DNA from: Nitrospirota bacterium
GTDB taxonomy: Bacteria > Nitrospirota > UBA9217
Length of the DNA: 64,000 nucleotides
Assembly: GCA_963737155.1 (NCBI GenBank)
Contig: CAVTRN010000002.1
Coordinates: forward strand, 2,592,001 to 2,656,000
Reading direction: 5' to 3'
The translations under genes were made by a program, and so were the position numbers. Numbering within the stretch: position 1 is the stretch's first letter; each line of letters opens with the position of its first letter. Shown here one piece after another: positions 10,303-19,881 of the stretch. Under the pieces are notes generated by a model, which saw nothing but the letters and a program-made list of their open reading frames with translations, was not told the origin of the DNA and did no database searches.

Positions 10303-11826
10303 CAGGTTATACTGTTTTTAGTTGAAATTGAAAAGAGTGGCTTCCCCGTGGCATAATCCACGGTAGAGAGAGAAAAAAGAAAGGAGCCACTCAATGAAGG
10401 ATACCACAAGGAAGAGAAAAAAGGCAATACGAGGAATTGAAGAGGCATACGGAAGGCGGGAGATCATCGAACAGATGTATTGTGTCTTCGCAAAAGGGAA
10501 ACAGGGTTTTGATGAATGCATGAAGGAAATGGGCAGAATGATGGCAGAGACGATCATGTACATCGAGCGGGAGGAGATTGCCGGCCCCGACTACCAGCCT
10601 AACAGTCCCGATCTGCGGAAGTGGGCTAGCCAGGGCGGTTCCGTCTATATCGGCGATCAGAAGATCCCGGTGACCCACCCTCGGCTTCGAGGTCCGGCGG
10701 GTGAGATTGTACTGCAGAGCTATCAGAAGATGAAAAAACCGGAAGTCTTCGCAGAAGAATTGCTTGGAAAGGTGCTTCGGGGCATATCATGCCGGAAGTA
10801 TGCGGAGACAGTTGTAGATACGGCACGAGCATTTGGAGTGTCCGCCAGCACGGTATCGAGCCATATCGTCGCGGCAACAGCAAAACAGCTTCAGGAGTTT
10901 AAGGAACGGTCACTCACGTCATTCGTTCCCTTTGCGGTCTTTTTAGACACTGTTCACCGCGGCGGAGAGGCATTCATCGTGGCGCTGGGGCTTGATATTG
11001 CCGGAAAGAAGCAGACATTGGGGTTCTGGCAGGGGGCGACGGAGAACCATGAACTGTGTGAAGAGCTGTTTTCTGATATAGAGCGGCGGGGTCTGATACT
11101 TTCACGACGAATCATCTGGGTTACCGATGGCGGCAAGGGCGTAATCAAGGCACTCCGGGATCGCTTCGGTAAGAAACTCATCCATCAGCGGTGCACGATC
11201 CACAAGGACCGGAATATACAGCATCATTTGCCGAAGAAATACCGGAAAGGCGCACACTGGAGGTTCCGGACAGCCCTGGAGCAGAATAATTACGCGGACG
11301 CTCGTCAGATGCTTCTGGACATGGAGAAATGGCTTCGGGGCATTAATGAGTCGGCGGCTGATTCGCTCATGGAAGCGATAGAAGACATTCTCACCCTTCA
11401 TCGATTGAAGGTCCCCGCTCTCTTGAGGAAGACGTTGCATTCTACCAATCCTATCGAGAGCATGTTTTCCACGGTGAGAAAAGCAGAAGGCAATATAAAG
11501 CGCTACCGCGACAGCAAGATGATGCAGCGCTGGCTCGCTTCTGTCCTCTTATATGCTGAACAAGGATTCAGAAAGATCAAGGGCCACGCCTTCATCGCGG
11601 ACGTGATGAAACGGATCGAAGCGGAAGAATTAAATGACCTAACAGTCAAAGAGGCTGCGTAAAGGGGGATGGTTAGGTATGGCTCGGCCTCAGAAAACTC
11701 ACATATGGCGATCCTACGAATCCGATTTTATAAACAGCGATGATTTACACCGTTGAACCGATAAAAATACTTTAGCCGAAGGGAACGGGCCACTCAGATA
11801 ATTTCAACTAAAAGCTTGACCTCGTC
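10303..11826 (+). mobile_element. IS256-family insertion sequence with 9-bp target duplication
   Basis: TSD CCGACAATA at 10294-10302 and 11827-11835. Imperfect TIRs share TTTTAGTTGAAATT at the same distance from each end. Confidence 0.9.
10394..11662 (+). CDS. IS256-family (Mutator) DDE transposase
   Basis: VFLDTV, WVTDGGKG, QRCTIHK and STNPIESMFS. Confidence 0.95.
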   Translation: MKDTTRKRKKAIRGIEEAYGRREIIEQMYCVFAKGKQGFDECMKEMGRMMAETIMYIEREEIAGPDYQPNSPDLRKWASQGGSVYIGDQKIPVTHPRLRGPAGEIVLQSYQKMKKPEVFAEELLGKVLRGISCRKYAETVVDTARAFGVSASTVSSHIVAATAKQLQEFKERSLTSFVPFAVFLDTVHRGGEAFIVALGLDIAGKKQTLGFWQGATENHELCEELFSDIERRGLILSRRIIWVTDGGKGVIKALRDRFGKKLIHQRCTIHKDRNIQHHLPKKYRKGAHWRFRTALEQNNYADARQMLLDMEKWLRGINESAADSLMEAIEDILTLHRLKVPALLRKTLHSTNPIESMFSTVRKAEGNIKRYRDSKMMQRWLASVLLYAEQGFRKIKGHAFIADVMKRIEAEELNDLTVKEAA

Positions 11827-12274
11827 CCGACAATATCATGGCGCTCCTTCTATCCTCATCAATGGCACGACCGGCAGAACATGCACTCGAAGGACGCTCA
11901 GAAAAAGAAATAGCCCCTAGTTGCCCCCCAGAGGCCAAGACTGTGTTACCTCCTGTGTCAGTAGAGAAGTTCATAGGCGTTTATTTACGTCATTAGATCC
12001 CCTTTACTTACTTCCTTTTCGGGAACTATGTCCTTGAAAAGGGGGGAATATACAAAAAAGCCCTATTTAGCGGCCTCTTCTGGCAGTCTTGGGTGTCAAG
12101 GGTTCGATTCTCTTTTGGAACCACCAAGTTTTCAAAGGGTTGGTGATAATCGCGGCGCTAACATTAAGTTGTGTTACTTTGCATCAATGGAATTTTTGCA
12201 ATATTATTATAGGGAAAATAGGCGGGATGGATTTCACTCTACAAGCGCATAACTTTTTTATTAATATTTATATT

Positions 12275-12323
12275 TATTGCTATGTTAGCTCGATTTGACA
12301 GAATGCAAACATAGCAATATACT
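12275..12323 (+). promoter_or_regulatory. sigma70 promoter of hsp20 overlapped by a 12-bp inverted repeat
   Basis: TTGACA(12295)-N17-TATACT(12318). The inverted repeat is TATTGCTATGTT (12275-12286) / AACATAGCAATA (12308-12319). Confidence 0.6.
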
Positions 12324-12422
12324 TTAAAAAGAGGGGTTATTAAGAAAGCGAGAAAAAGAGGGCAGAAGTAAGTTCGAAGGTGTAGATATAATAAAAGCTA
12401 ACATTGAGAGGGAGGGATTTTT

Positions 12423-12938
12423 ATGAAAAGCCTGACGGGTTGGGATCCACTCCGGACGATGATGAGGTGGGATCCACTTGAAGAGCTTCGGTCAATGCAG
12501 CACGAAATGGACAGGCTGTTTGACCGGTTCCTTGGGAAAGGTGTCTCGAGTGAACATACAATGCTCTGGATGCCTTTAGTAGAAAGTTATACAAAAGAAA
12601 ACCAACTGGTGTTCAAGACGGAACTACCGGGTGTGGACCCGAAAGATGTGGATGTTAGCGTCACCGACCGTGAGTTGGTCATCAAGGGTGAACGGAAGGC
12701 CGAAAAAAACGCAAAGGAAGAGAATTACATCTATCGGGAGATCAACTATGGCTCTTTCGAGCGGCGTTTGGTCCTGCCCGAGGGTGCAAAAATAGACGAA
12801 CTGAAGGCAAAATTTTCGAACGGTATCCTCGAAATCACTTTGCCTGCACCAGCAATTGCCAAGACTCGGAAGATTGAGATCGAGGCTCTGAAGGAAGAGA
12901 AAAAACAGATTGAGACTGGAGCAAAGAAGGCCGCATGA
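12423..12938 (+). CDS. Hsp20/alpha-crystallin small heat-shock protein
   Basis: ELPGVDPKDVDV, REINYGSFER and AKFSNGILEITLP. A GGAGGG RBS is present. Confidence 0.95.
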   Translation: MKSLTGWDPLRTMMRWDPLEELRSMQHEMDRLFDRFLGKGVSSEHTMLWMPLVESYTKENQLVFKTELPGVDPKDVDVSVTDRELVIKGERKAEKNAKEENYIYREINYGSFERRLVLPEGAKIDELKAKFSNGILEITLPAPAIAKTRKIEIEALKEEKKQIETGAKKAA

Positions 12939-13124
12939 CAGTAAAGTTCCAGAACAAGCTGTTGTGAACGGCGAACTCTCAAGTTTGAATAACTATCCTG
13001 CAAGTGTTTTAAGAGGATAGTTTTTTTAAGAATAAACTTAACGCAATGAACATGCCTTCCTGTGGAAATTGAAAAGGCCATATCTTGATCTGCCCTCCTG
13101 CTCGAGCAGTTCACGTGAATAGAA

Positions 13125-13478
13125 GTGAGTGAAACGATGAAGATCGATTCTTATGCCTTCGGCAGAATCGTCATCAACGGGAAGACTTATACCTCGGACG
13201 TCATCATTTATCCCAACAGGGTTGACGCCACGTGGTGGCGAAAGGAGGGACATTTTTTTCAACTTATAGATGTGGAAGATGCGCTGCAAGAGAGGCCAGA
13301 AGTGTTTGTCATCGGCACAGGCTATGCCGGCATCATGCGCGTTCCCAGAGAAACCATTGACCGGATCGAGGCACAAGGAATCGAGGTGAAAGTAGAACGG
13401 ACATCAAATGCAGTTAGGGTGTACAATGATTTCCAGGGCACTAGGACCGTGATCGCAGCCCTTCATATCACGTGCTGA
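13125..13478 (+). CDS. Mth938-like domain protein
   Basis: IDSYAFGRIVING...SDVII, IGTG and a C-terminal AALHITC. Confidence 0.85.
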   Translation: MSETMKIDSYAFGRIVINGKTYTSDVIIYPNRVDATWWRKEGHFFQLIDVEDALQERPEVFVIGTGYAGIMRVPRETIDRIEAQGIEVKVERTSNAVRVYNDFQGTRTVIAALHITC

Positions 13479-14017
13479 ATAATGTCAAATATAAAACTCC
13501 CAAACCAATGATGTTATCTTTTTTAAGGAAACCCTAACTTCATCTTTGCAGAACTGCTCCAGTGCTACTGCCAGGACTTCAGCAAATATCTGGGGTAATG
13601 ACGTCGTTACCGGCGAGGTCTCTGGATTCTTCGAGTGATTCATCCTTGAAGATCAAAAAATCCGTAAAAACACATGCTCAAACCTCAGGACGTTACCTTA
13701 AAGAGCTGCTACCAGGCCTGCAAGCTGATTTTGCGCAGATCACTGTGGGTCAAATTCATTTTGTTGTCGATTTCTATGCAGACCAAATATTCTATACATA
13801 ACCCATCCAGCAGTTTCTTTTTTTCCTCAAAGTGATGAAGAATTGGTGTCGCTTCGGGATTAAGTGTGGGAATCCCCAATTAAGTTGATATAGGCTGCTT
13901 TCGCATTGAAAGGGATAATTCCCCGATCATGCAAGGCTTTCCACTAACTTTTCGCGACTTCAACAAGTTTAATTTTCCCATCTTGCACTTTTTTTCAATG
14001 TTCTCTATACTGTTTTC

Positions 14018-15505
14018 ATGGCCTTGACAAATACAAACAACAAACAACACCGTCCCCTTCTGCAAAGAATCGCCCACCAAGCAATGATCGAACGAGGGCT
14101 TCTCCCGGACTTCTCGCCCCAGGCGCTTGCCGAACTCAATGGGATTCGTGGACCTGCGACGGAAACGTATAATAAAATGCACGATCTGCGGCAATTGCCT
14201 TGGTGTTCCATTGACAACGACGACTCTCGCGATCTGGACCAGTTGACCGTTGCAGAGGTCATGTCTGACGAGAGTGTAAAAGTCCTGGTTGCAGTCGCTG
14301 ATGTCGATGCTCTGGTCAAAAAGAACTCGGCCATCGACGAGCACGCTAGCAGAAATACCACGTCGGTATATACTGTTGCAAAGATCTTTCCAATGCTTCC
14401 GGAAAAGCTTTCGACGGACCTAACTTCCCTCAACTACGCGTCAGAACGATATGCACTGGTCGTCGAAATGGTTGTAGGCAAAAACGGAACCCTTCTTCAT
14501 TCTGATGTGTATGAAGCGCTAGTCAGTAATCATGCAAAGCTAGCATACAATAGCGTTGCCACCTGGCTTGAGGGCATTAGTCCTATCCCAAAGGAGATTA
14601 GCGCAGTTGCCGGCCTTGACGAGAACATTAGGATCCAGGACCGGCTTGCCCAACGGCTGAAGACACTCCGGCACGAACACGGCGCGCTGACTCTTGAGAC
14701 CGTGGAAGCCAGGCCGGTGTTCGATGCCGATGAACTCAAGGACCTTAAGGTTGAGCAAAAGAACAGGGCCAAAGATATAATCGAGGACCTCATGATCGCG
14801 GCAAACGGCGTAACAGCTCGCTACCTCTCCGCGAGGGGTCTACCATCGTTCCGTCGCGTGGTGCGCACTCCCAAGCGGTGGGATCGTATCAGAGACTTAG
14901 CCATGGACCACGGTCAAATACTTCCAATGGAGCCCGATGCAAAAGCATTGGAAACCTTTCTCATTAAAGCGCGCGCTGTCGATCCGCTAAGGTTCCCCGA
15001 TCTTTCCCTTGCAATTATCAAGCTGCTCGGTGCGGGTGAATATGCCCTCCAAGTGCCGGGAGACGTTTCAAGCGGCCACTTCAGTCTTGCAATCCCGGAT
15101 TATTCCCACACCACTGCCCCGAACCGCCGCTATCCCGACCTGATTACTCAGCGCTTGCTGAAGGCAGCAATCGCTGGGCACCCCATGCCCTACGAGAACG
15201 GGGAGCTGTCAACACTGGCAACGCACTGCACGGAAAAAGAAAATGATGCAAAGAAGGTAGAACGGAGAGTCAGAAAATCTGCTGCAGCAATGTTTCTTGA
15301 ACAACGAATCGGCGAGCAGTTCGAGGCAATCGTTACAGGTGCGGCGGAAAAAGGCACTTGGGTCCGACTTCCACAGCCTCCCATTGAAGGAAAACTTACG
15401 AGCGGTTTTGAAGGAGTCGATGTAGGCCAGAGGATCCGAGTCCAACTTGTAAGAACGGACGTAGAACACGGCTATATCGACTTCAAAAGGGTTGAATACT
15501 TTTAA
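14018..15505 (+). CDS. RNB-domain exoribonuclease (RNase II/R family)
   Basis: SIDNDDSRDLDQ, YSHTTAPNRRYPDL and a C-terminal S1 domain. The stop codon lies inside the IS607 left end. Confidence 0.92.
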   Translation: MALTNTNNKQHRPLLQRIAHQAMIERGLLPDFSPQALAELNGIRGPATETYNKMHDLRQLPWCSIDNDDSRDLDQLTVAEVMSDESVKVLVAVADVDALVKKNSAIDEHASRNTTSVYTVAKIFPMLPEKLSTDLTSLNYASERYALVVEMVVGKNGTLLHSDVYEALVSNHAKLAYNSVATWLEGISPIPKEISAVAGLDENIRIQDRLAQRLKTLRHEHGALTLETVEARPVFDADELKDLKVEQKNRAKDIIEDLMIAANGVTARYLSARGLPSFRRVVRTPKRWDRIRDLAMDHGQILPMEPDAKALETFLIKARAVDPLRFPDLSLAIIKLLGAGEYALQVPGDVSSGHFSLAIPDYSHTTAPNRRYPDLITQRLLKAAIAGHPMPYENGELSTLATHCTEKENDAKKVERRVRKSAAAMFLEQRIGEQFEAIVTGAAEKGTWVRLPQPPIEGKLTSGFEGVDVGQRIRVQLVRTDVEHGYIDFKRVEYF

Positions 15506-17174
15506 CAATTATATTGTATAATATTATTTCTTATGATAAAATGTATCTATAAAACTGAGCGTATGGGCAACGCAACAAGGTATAACCTATCAAGCGGCAT
15601 GGAAATGGTGGAAGGCTGGCAAGCTGCCGGTTGAGGCTGAGCAGATGCCTACCGGAACCATCATTATAAAAGAGCAGAAAACTGCCCAAGGTTCTGTTGC
15701 TCTTTATGCCCGGGTATCCTGTCATGACCTGAAAAGCTCGAGCACAAAATAAAATTTGCGAGAAAATGGATTAAAACCAGAGAGAACAGTATCATTGACA
15801 TACGCAAAGACACGGAATTGTCCGAATATGAGAAAACGACCAGCGTGAAGTCTCTCCGTTTTGCGGTCCACAACAAAAAACGGAAGCTCCATTCATCGGA
15901 GCAGAAACTGGAAAAGCTAAAGTACGATTTGGACAAAGGACGAATCAGGATTTGCTTTGGGACAAAGAAACTTTTCCACAAGCAGTTTAACCTTTCTGAA
16001 AACGATTATAAATCCCACAATAACTGGCTGTCTGCCTGGAAGGCTGCCCGAAGCTCTTCATCGTTTTGTCTGGGATCGAAGGATGAAACGGCCGGCAACC
16101 AGACCTGCACGCTTGGCGTCGACGGGTCGCTCAGGATACGGGTCCCAAACTATCTTGTCAAAAAATACGGTAAACACATCATGGTGCCTACCGTAACATA
16201 TCCTTACGGGCAGGAATATATTGAGCAGGCACTCCTGCGCGGCCAGGCAATCACCCACCGGTTTGTCCGTGGCGAGAAGGGTTGGTATCTGTATTCTTCA
16301 GTTGATATTCCCCAAAGAGAAACAATTACCGGGAAACCGCAAGAAATCGGATGTATTGGCGTAGATGCAAACGAAAAAGAGATTGCTGTTTCCGAGACTG
16401 ACCGGTTCGGCAATCTTGTCTGGTACACAACGTATGCTGCATGTATAAAAGACAGAACCACGGAACAGACCGAGGCAACTTACGGTGATATCTGCGTCGG
16501 CATTATCGACCGGTCAATTAAAACAGGGAAACCCGTCGCTCATGAAACTCTTGACTTCGAAAAGAAGAAAGCATCTCTTAAGGAACAGGGAGTAACGTAT
16601 GCGCGGATGCTGTCCGGGTTCGCCTATTCCACCTTTTTAAACATGCTTGACCGCAGAGCATTTAAGGCAGGCGCCGGTGTGCTCTCCGTGAATCCTGCTT
16701 ACACATCCGTTATCGGCAGAAACAATTATATGTCTTTTCATGGCATCTCGCCGCATGAAGCAGCGGCGCTTGCGATCGCGAGAAGAGTTCAAGGATATTC
16801 CGAGTCTCCCATACCAAGCAGAACCGCCTCCCCTCTACCTGCAAGGAATCGAGAGGAGCACATCTGGAAGTTTTGGAGCAAGATGAAGACTCGGGGAGGT
16901 TGTGGAAATCATCACAGTCTCTACCAACGACGGTCCTTACAGGACTCCCCAGGCTGCGCTGAATTGCAGAAGAAGCCATCATCCCGTCGACAGCGCAATT
17001 CTCCGGGCCACCTGCCAGCAGCAGTCTTGCTGAAAAGGCGCCAGAAGCAATCCCGATCAGCAAACAACGGGACTTGGGCGAATCAGGGCGGGAATCCCTG
17101 ACGTTAACCGGCAGCAGCACTGTTCGGCTGCCGTCATAGTTATGAGAAATAAAATACTATGGTTTTAGGAACGG
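15490..17174 (+). mobile_element. Internally deleted (non-autonomous) IS607 copy
   Basis: Both ends match copy 1. A 692-bp deletion (copy-1 positions 470-1161) fuses 5' tnpA to mid-tnpB, and the tnpA ATG is mutated to ATA. Confidence 0.92.
15818..17101 (+). pseudogene. tnpB: N-terminally truncated TnpB (RuvC motifs retained)
   Basis: Near-identical to copy 1 from about residue 136 onward. It has a TTG start and lacks the N-terminal domain. Confidence 0.75.
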
Positions 17175-17317
17175 TCGGAGAAGGAAAGTCATACCTGCGG
17201 GGAAGAAGCATCACAATATTGTGTAGGATTGCCCGGGGTCTCTTGCGGCGACGAATTGACGAACGCGGAAACATATTTTTTTTAATTTGTGATCAACTTA
17301 TGTACGAAATCATCCGA

Positions 17318-17402
17318 TTGAAAACAGCCTTGACAAGGCCGCCGTGCTCTGTATAATGCTTCTCAACGGCTTCCTCCGAAGCTTGCTGCTGAGAACTCAC
17401 AG
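17318..17402 (+). repeat. Direct repeat copy A (promoter + leader)
   Basis: TTGAAAACA..TTGACAAGGCCGCC..GCTCTGTATAAT...CTGAGAACTCACAG, containing TTGACA-N16-TATAAT. Similar to 18084-18167. Confidence 0.8.
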
Positions 17403-17446
17403 GGATCGGGAAACGGTTAAGTGAAAACACGCTCTGGAGAATATAG

Positions 17447-17980
17447 ATGAATAAGAGAAACCAGTTGTACTTACTTGCAGTACTATTTATCTCCGCCATA
17501 GGAGTAACGACATTTGCTGCAGATACATCGGCTGTTTACAAAAACGTTGATAAGGGTTTTTCACTGAGGCTCCCCAATACGTGGGAAGTAAAAGAGGGTG
17601 TGGGAGGCATGGACCTTATTGCCTCATCTCCTATGCAGGAGAAGTCCGGTGGCCAGTTTCGTCCGACAGTATCTGTAGTCTGCGAAATTTTGCAACAGAA
17701 GCAACCGATTAACGAATATGCACAAAAACGTATTACAAAGTTTCGCGATTCGATGAAGGACTTACAGTTTTTAAGAACGGGCCATCAAATCATAAGCCAT
17801 ACAAATGCAAGATGGTGGATTATTTCCTACAGTGAAAAGACGGTAGCTTTCAAAGGGTTTCTTTTCATAGTAATCAAGGGTAATAAAGCCTTTACCATAA
17901 CATGCATTGCGGCTCTCAATCAATACCCGGCATATAAGGATACCCTTGGGGATATCGCGAGCAGTTTGGTTGTCGATTAG
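17447..17980 (+). CDS. Secreted PsbP/DcrB-like protein
   Basis: Signal peptide, GFSLRLPNTW and C-terminal AFTITC...IASSL pattern of the PsbP/Mog1 fold. Confidence 0.65.
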   Translation: MNKRNQLYLLAVLFISAIGVTTFAADTSAVYKNVDKGFSLRLPNTWEVKEGVGGMDLIASSPMQEKSGGQFRPTVSVVCEILQQKQPINEYAQKRITKFRDSMKDLQFLRTGHQIISHTNARWWIISYSEKTVAFKGFLFIVIKGNKAFTITCIAALNQYPAYKDTLGDIASSLVVD

Positions 17981-18083
17981 CCGATAGGAAGCTATGAGAC
18001 TGGCTCGCATTCTCCTGCGCCCCGTTCCGCCCCCCGCTGTATCTTTTTGCACATAGTTTTCGCAGAACGGCCTTGGCTTCACG

Positions 18084-18167
18084 TTGAAAACAAAATTGAC
18101 AAGGCCGCCCGGCTCTGTATAAAGCTTTTCATCAGTTTCCTCTGAAACTTGATCTGAGAACTCACAG
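18084..18167 (+). repeat. Direct repeat copy B (promoter + leader)
   Basis: TTGACA-N16-TATAAA followed by a leader homologous to 17318-17402. Confidence 0.8.
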
Positions 18168-18185
18168 TGATTGAGGACCGGTCTC

Positions 18186-19586
18186 ATGAAAACACCTTCT
18201 TCTGTTTCCGACGCACTCGACTTCCTGAATAACAGCAGAACCGCGCATCTGGATGCTCTGAAAGATCTTGTCCGTATCCCAAGCATCAGTTTCCCGGGCT
18301 TTGACCCTGCACCGGTGAGGCGCTGCGCCGAATCGGTTTCCTCTCTCCTGAAGGCATGCGGCCTAAATGATGTGCACCTGCTCGAAACCGGAACAGGCTA
18401 TCCATCAGTATTCGGGCAATGGACAGGAGCGCAGGGCAAGCCCACCATCCTCCTCTATGCTCATTACGATGTACAGCCCGTCGGCCGGGAGGAACTCTGG
18501 ATTTCGCCACCTTTTGAGCCGACCGTGCGAAACGGACGGCTTTACGGCCGTGGAACTTCCGATGACAAGGCAGGCGTAGTGATGCATGCGGTCGCGGTGC
18601 GTTCCTGTCTTGAAGGAGCGGGATCCCTTCCAATGAATGTCAAAATTCTGATCGAAGGCGAAGAAGAGGTGGGATCGACCAATCTCCATGAAATCCTTGA
18701 TAGGAGTCTTGGGCTTCTATCCGCTGATGCAGTGCTCATCGCCGACAGTGAAAATTTCGACAGTGGTATTCCGACACTTACAGCGTCGCTTCGCGGTATC
18801 GTGACGGTCAATGTCGAAGTCCGGGCGCTTGAATCAAGCGTGCATTCTGGAACCTGGGGCGGTCCTCTCCCCGATCCTGTTCAGGCCCTTTCACGTATGA
18901 TCGCCAGCCTGACCGACGAAGACGGGAGACCCGCCATCTCCGGACTATATGACAAGGTTCTAAAGCTCTCACCGCGTGACGCTGCCCAACTCAATACCCT
19001 GCCGTTCAACGAATCTCTCTTCCGGAAGCAGGCGAAGCTGCTAAACGGGGTACAGATTACAGGCGGTCACGGATCGATATACGAGAAAATGTGGTATTGC
19101 CCGTCTGTCGCAGTGAACGCGATCGAAGCAAGCAGCAGGAAACAGGCCGCGAATATCATTAATGACGTGGCATGGGCAAGAATCGGCATCAGGATCGTCC
19201 CCGATATGGATCCTGGCGAAACACTTGAACTGCTCATGAGTCACTTGAGAAAAAATGCACCTTGGGGTGTCCAAATAACCATGAAACCCGAAACACCATC
19301 ACCATGGTGGAAAACTGATACATCAGGGCCCGTGTTTGGGGCCGCATTGCGTTCTCTCGAACAGGGTTACAACGCAAAGCCTGTCGTCGTAGGAGCGGGC
19401 GGATCGATTCCCTTTGTACAGACGATCACCGATGCGCTCCACGAAGTTCCCGCCCTACTCTTCGGCGTCGGGGATCCTTACACAGCGGCACATTCGGAAA
19501 ATGAGAGCCTGCTCATCTCCGACTGGGAAAAGGGATGCCGGAGTCTCATACACCTGTTTACGGAGTTGGCGGGCGGGATCGATTGA
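18186..19586 (+). CDS. M20-family metallopeptidase (dipeptidase/DapE-like)
   Basis: YAHYDVQP, GRGTSDDK, EGEEEVGS, HSG, GGSIP and AHSENE. Confidence 0.92.
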   Translation: MKTPSSVSDALDFLNNSRTAHLDALKDLVRIPSISFPGFDPAPVRRCAESVSSLLKACGLNDVHLLETGTGYPSVFGQWTGAQGKPTILLYAHYDVQPVGREELWISPPFEPTVRNGRLYGRGTSDDKAGVVMHAVAVRSCLEGAGSLPMNVKILIEGEEEVGSTNLHEILDRSLGLLSADAVLIADSENFDSGIPTLTASLRGIVTVNVEVRALESSVHSGTWGGPLPDPVQALSRMIASLTDEDGRPAISGLYDKVLKLSPRDAAQLNTLPFNESLFRKQAKLLNGVQITGGHGSIYEKMWYCPSVAVNAIEASSRKQAANIINDVAWARIGIRIVPDMDPGETLELLMSHLRKNAPWGVQITMKPETPSPWWKTDTSGPVFGAALRSLEQGYNAKPVVVGAGGSIPFVQTITDALHEVPALLFGVGDPYTAAHSENESLLISDWEKGCRSLIHLFTELAGGID

Positions 19587-19597
19587 TATCAAGCACA

Positions 19598-19881
19598 CAT
19601 GGATGATGACTTCTTTTGTAATTCACCGCAGCCTGGAGAGTCCTGTAAGGACCGTCGTTAATACAGGTTATATGGCTGTTATAACCTTCCCGAACCTTAG
19701 GGCACCTACATTCATTTCCGAAGGACCTTGCATTTGGTGTGCTTCAATCGGTAGTTTGCTCTTAAGCCACCAATTCCATGCAGTTGTGGTATATTAAACC
19801 TTGTTTTTTTGCCAATACGCTTAAATTCATACATACGATATATGACTCATAATACTATATTGTAATGAATAATTATCAACC
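19598..19881 (-). mobile_element. Third, highly eroded IS607 remnant (LE + tnpA 5' end joined to a tnpB 3'/omegaRNA fragment)
   Basis: Minus strand begins AAAGGG-TTGATA, then a degenerate MNLSV.AKKQG...TAWNWWLKSKLPIEA. 19601-19669 is the reverse complement of about 2358-2416 (GACGGTCCTTACAGGACTC...). Confidence 0.8.

Larger units (their letters stand above)
7737..12144. mobile_element. Decayed genomic island integrated at tRNA-Ala
   Basis: Degenerate direct repeat of the tRNA 3' half plus about 18 nt downstream, at 7737-7799 and 12080-12144. An integrase remnant is next to the tRNA and the cargo is AT-rich. Confidence 0.8.

Noticed and set aside
13540-13800. Short ORF with repeated LLPGLQ
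   Set aside because: It has no RBS or recognisable family and is probably an eroded fragment.
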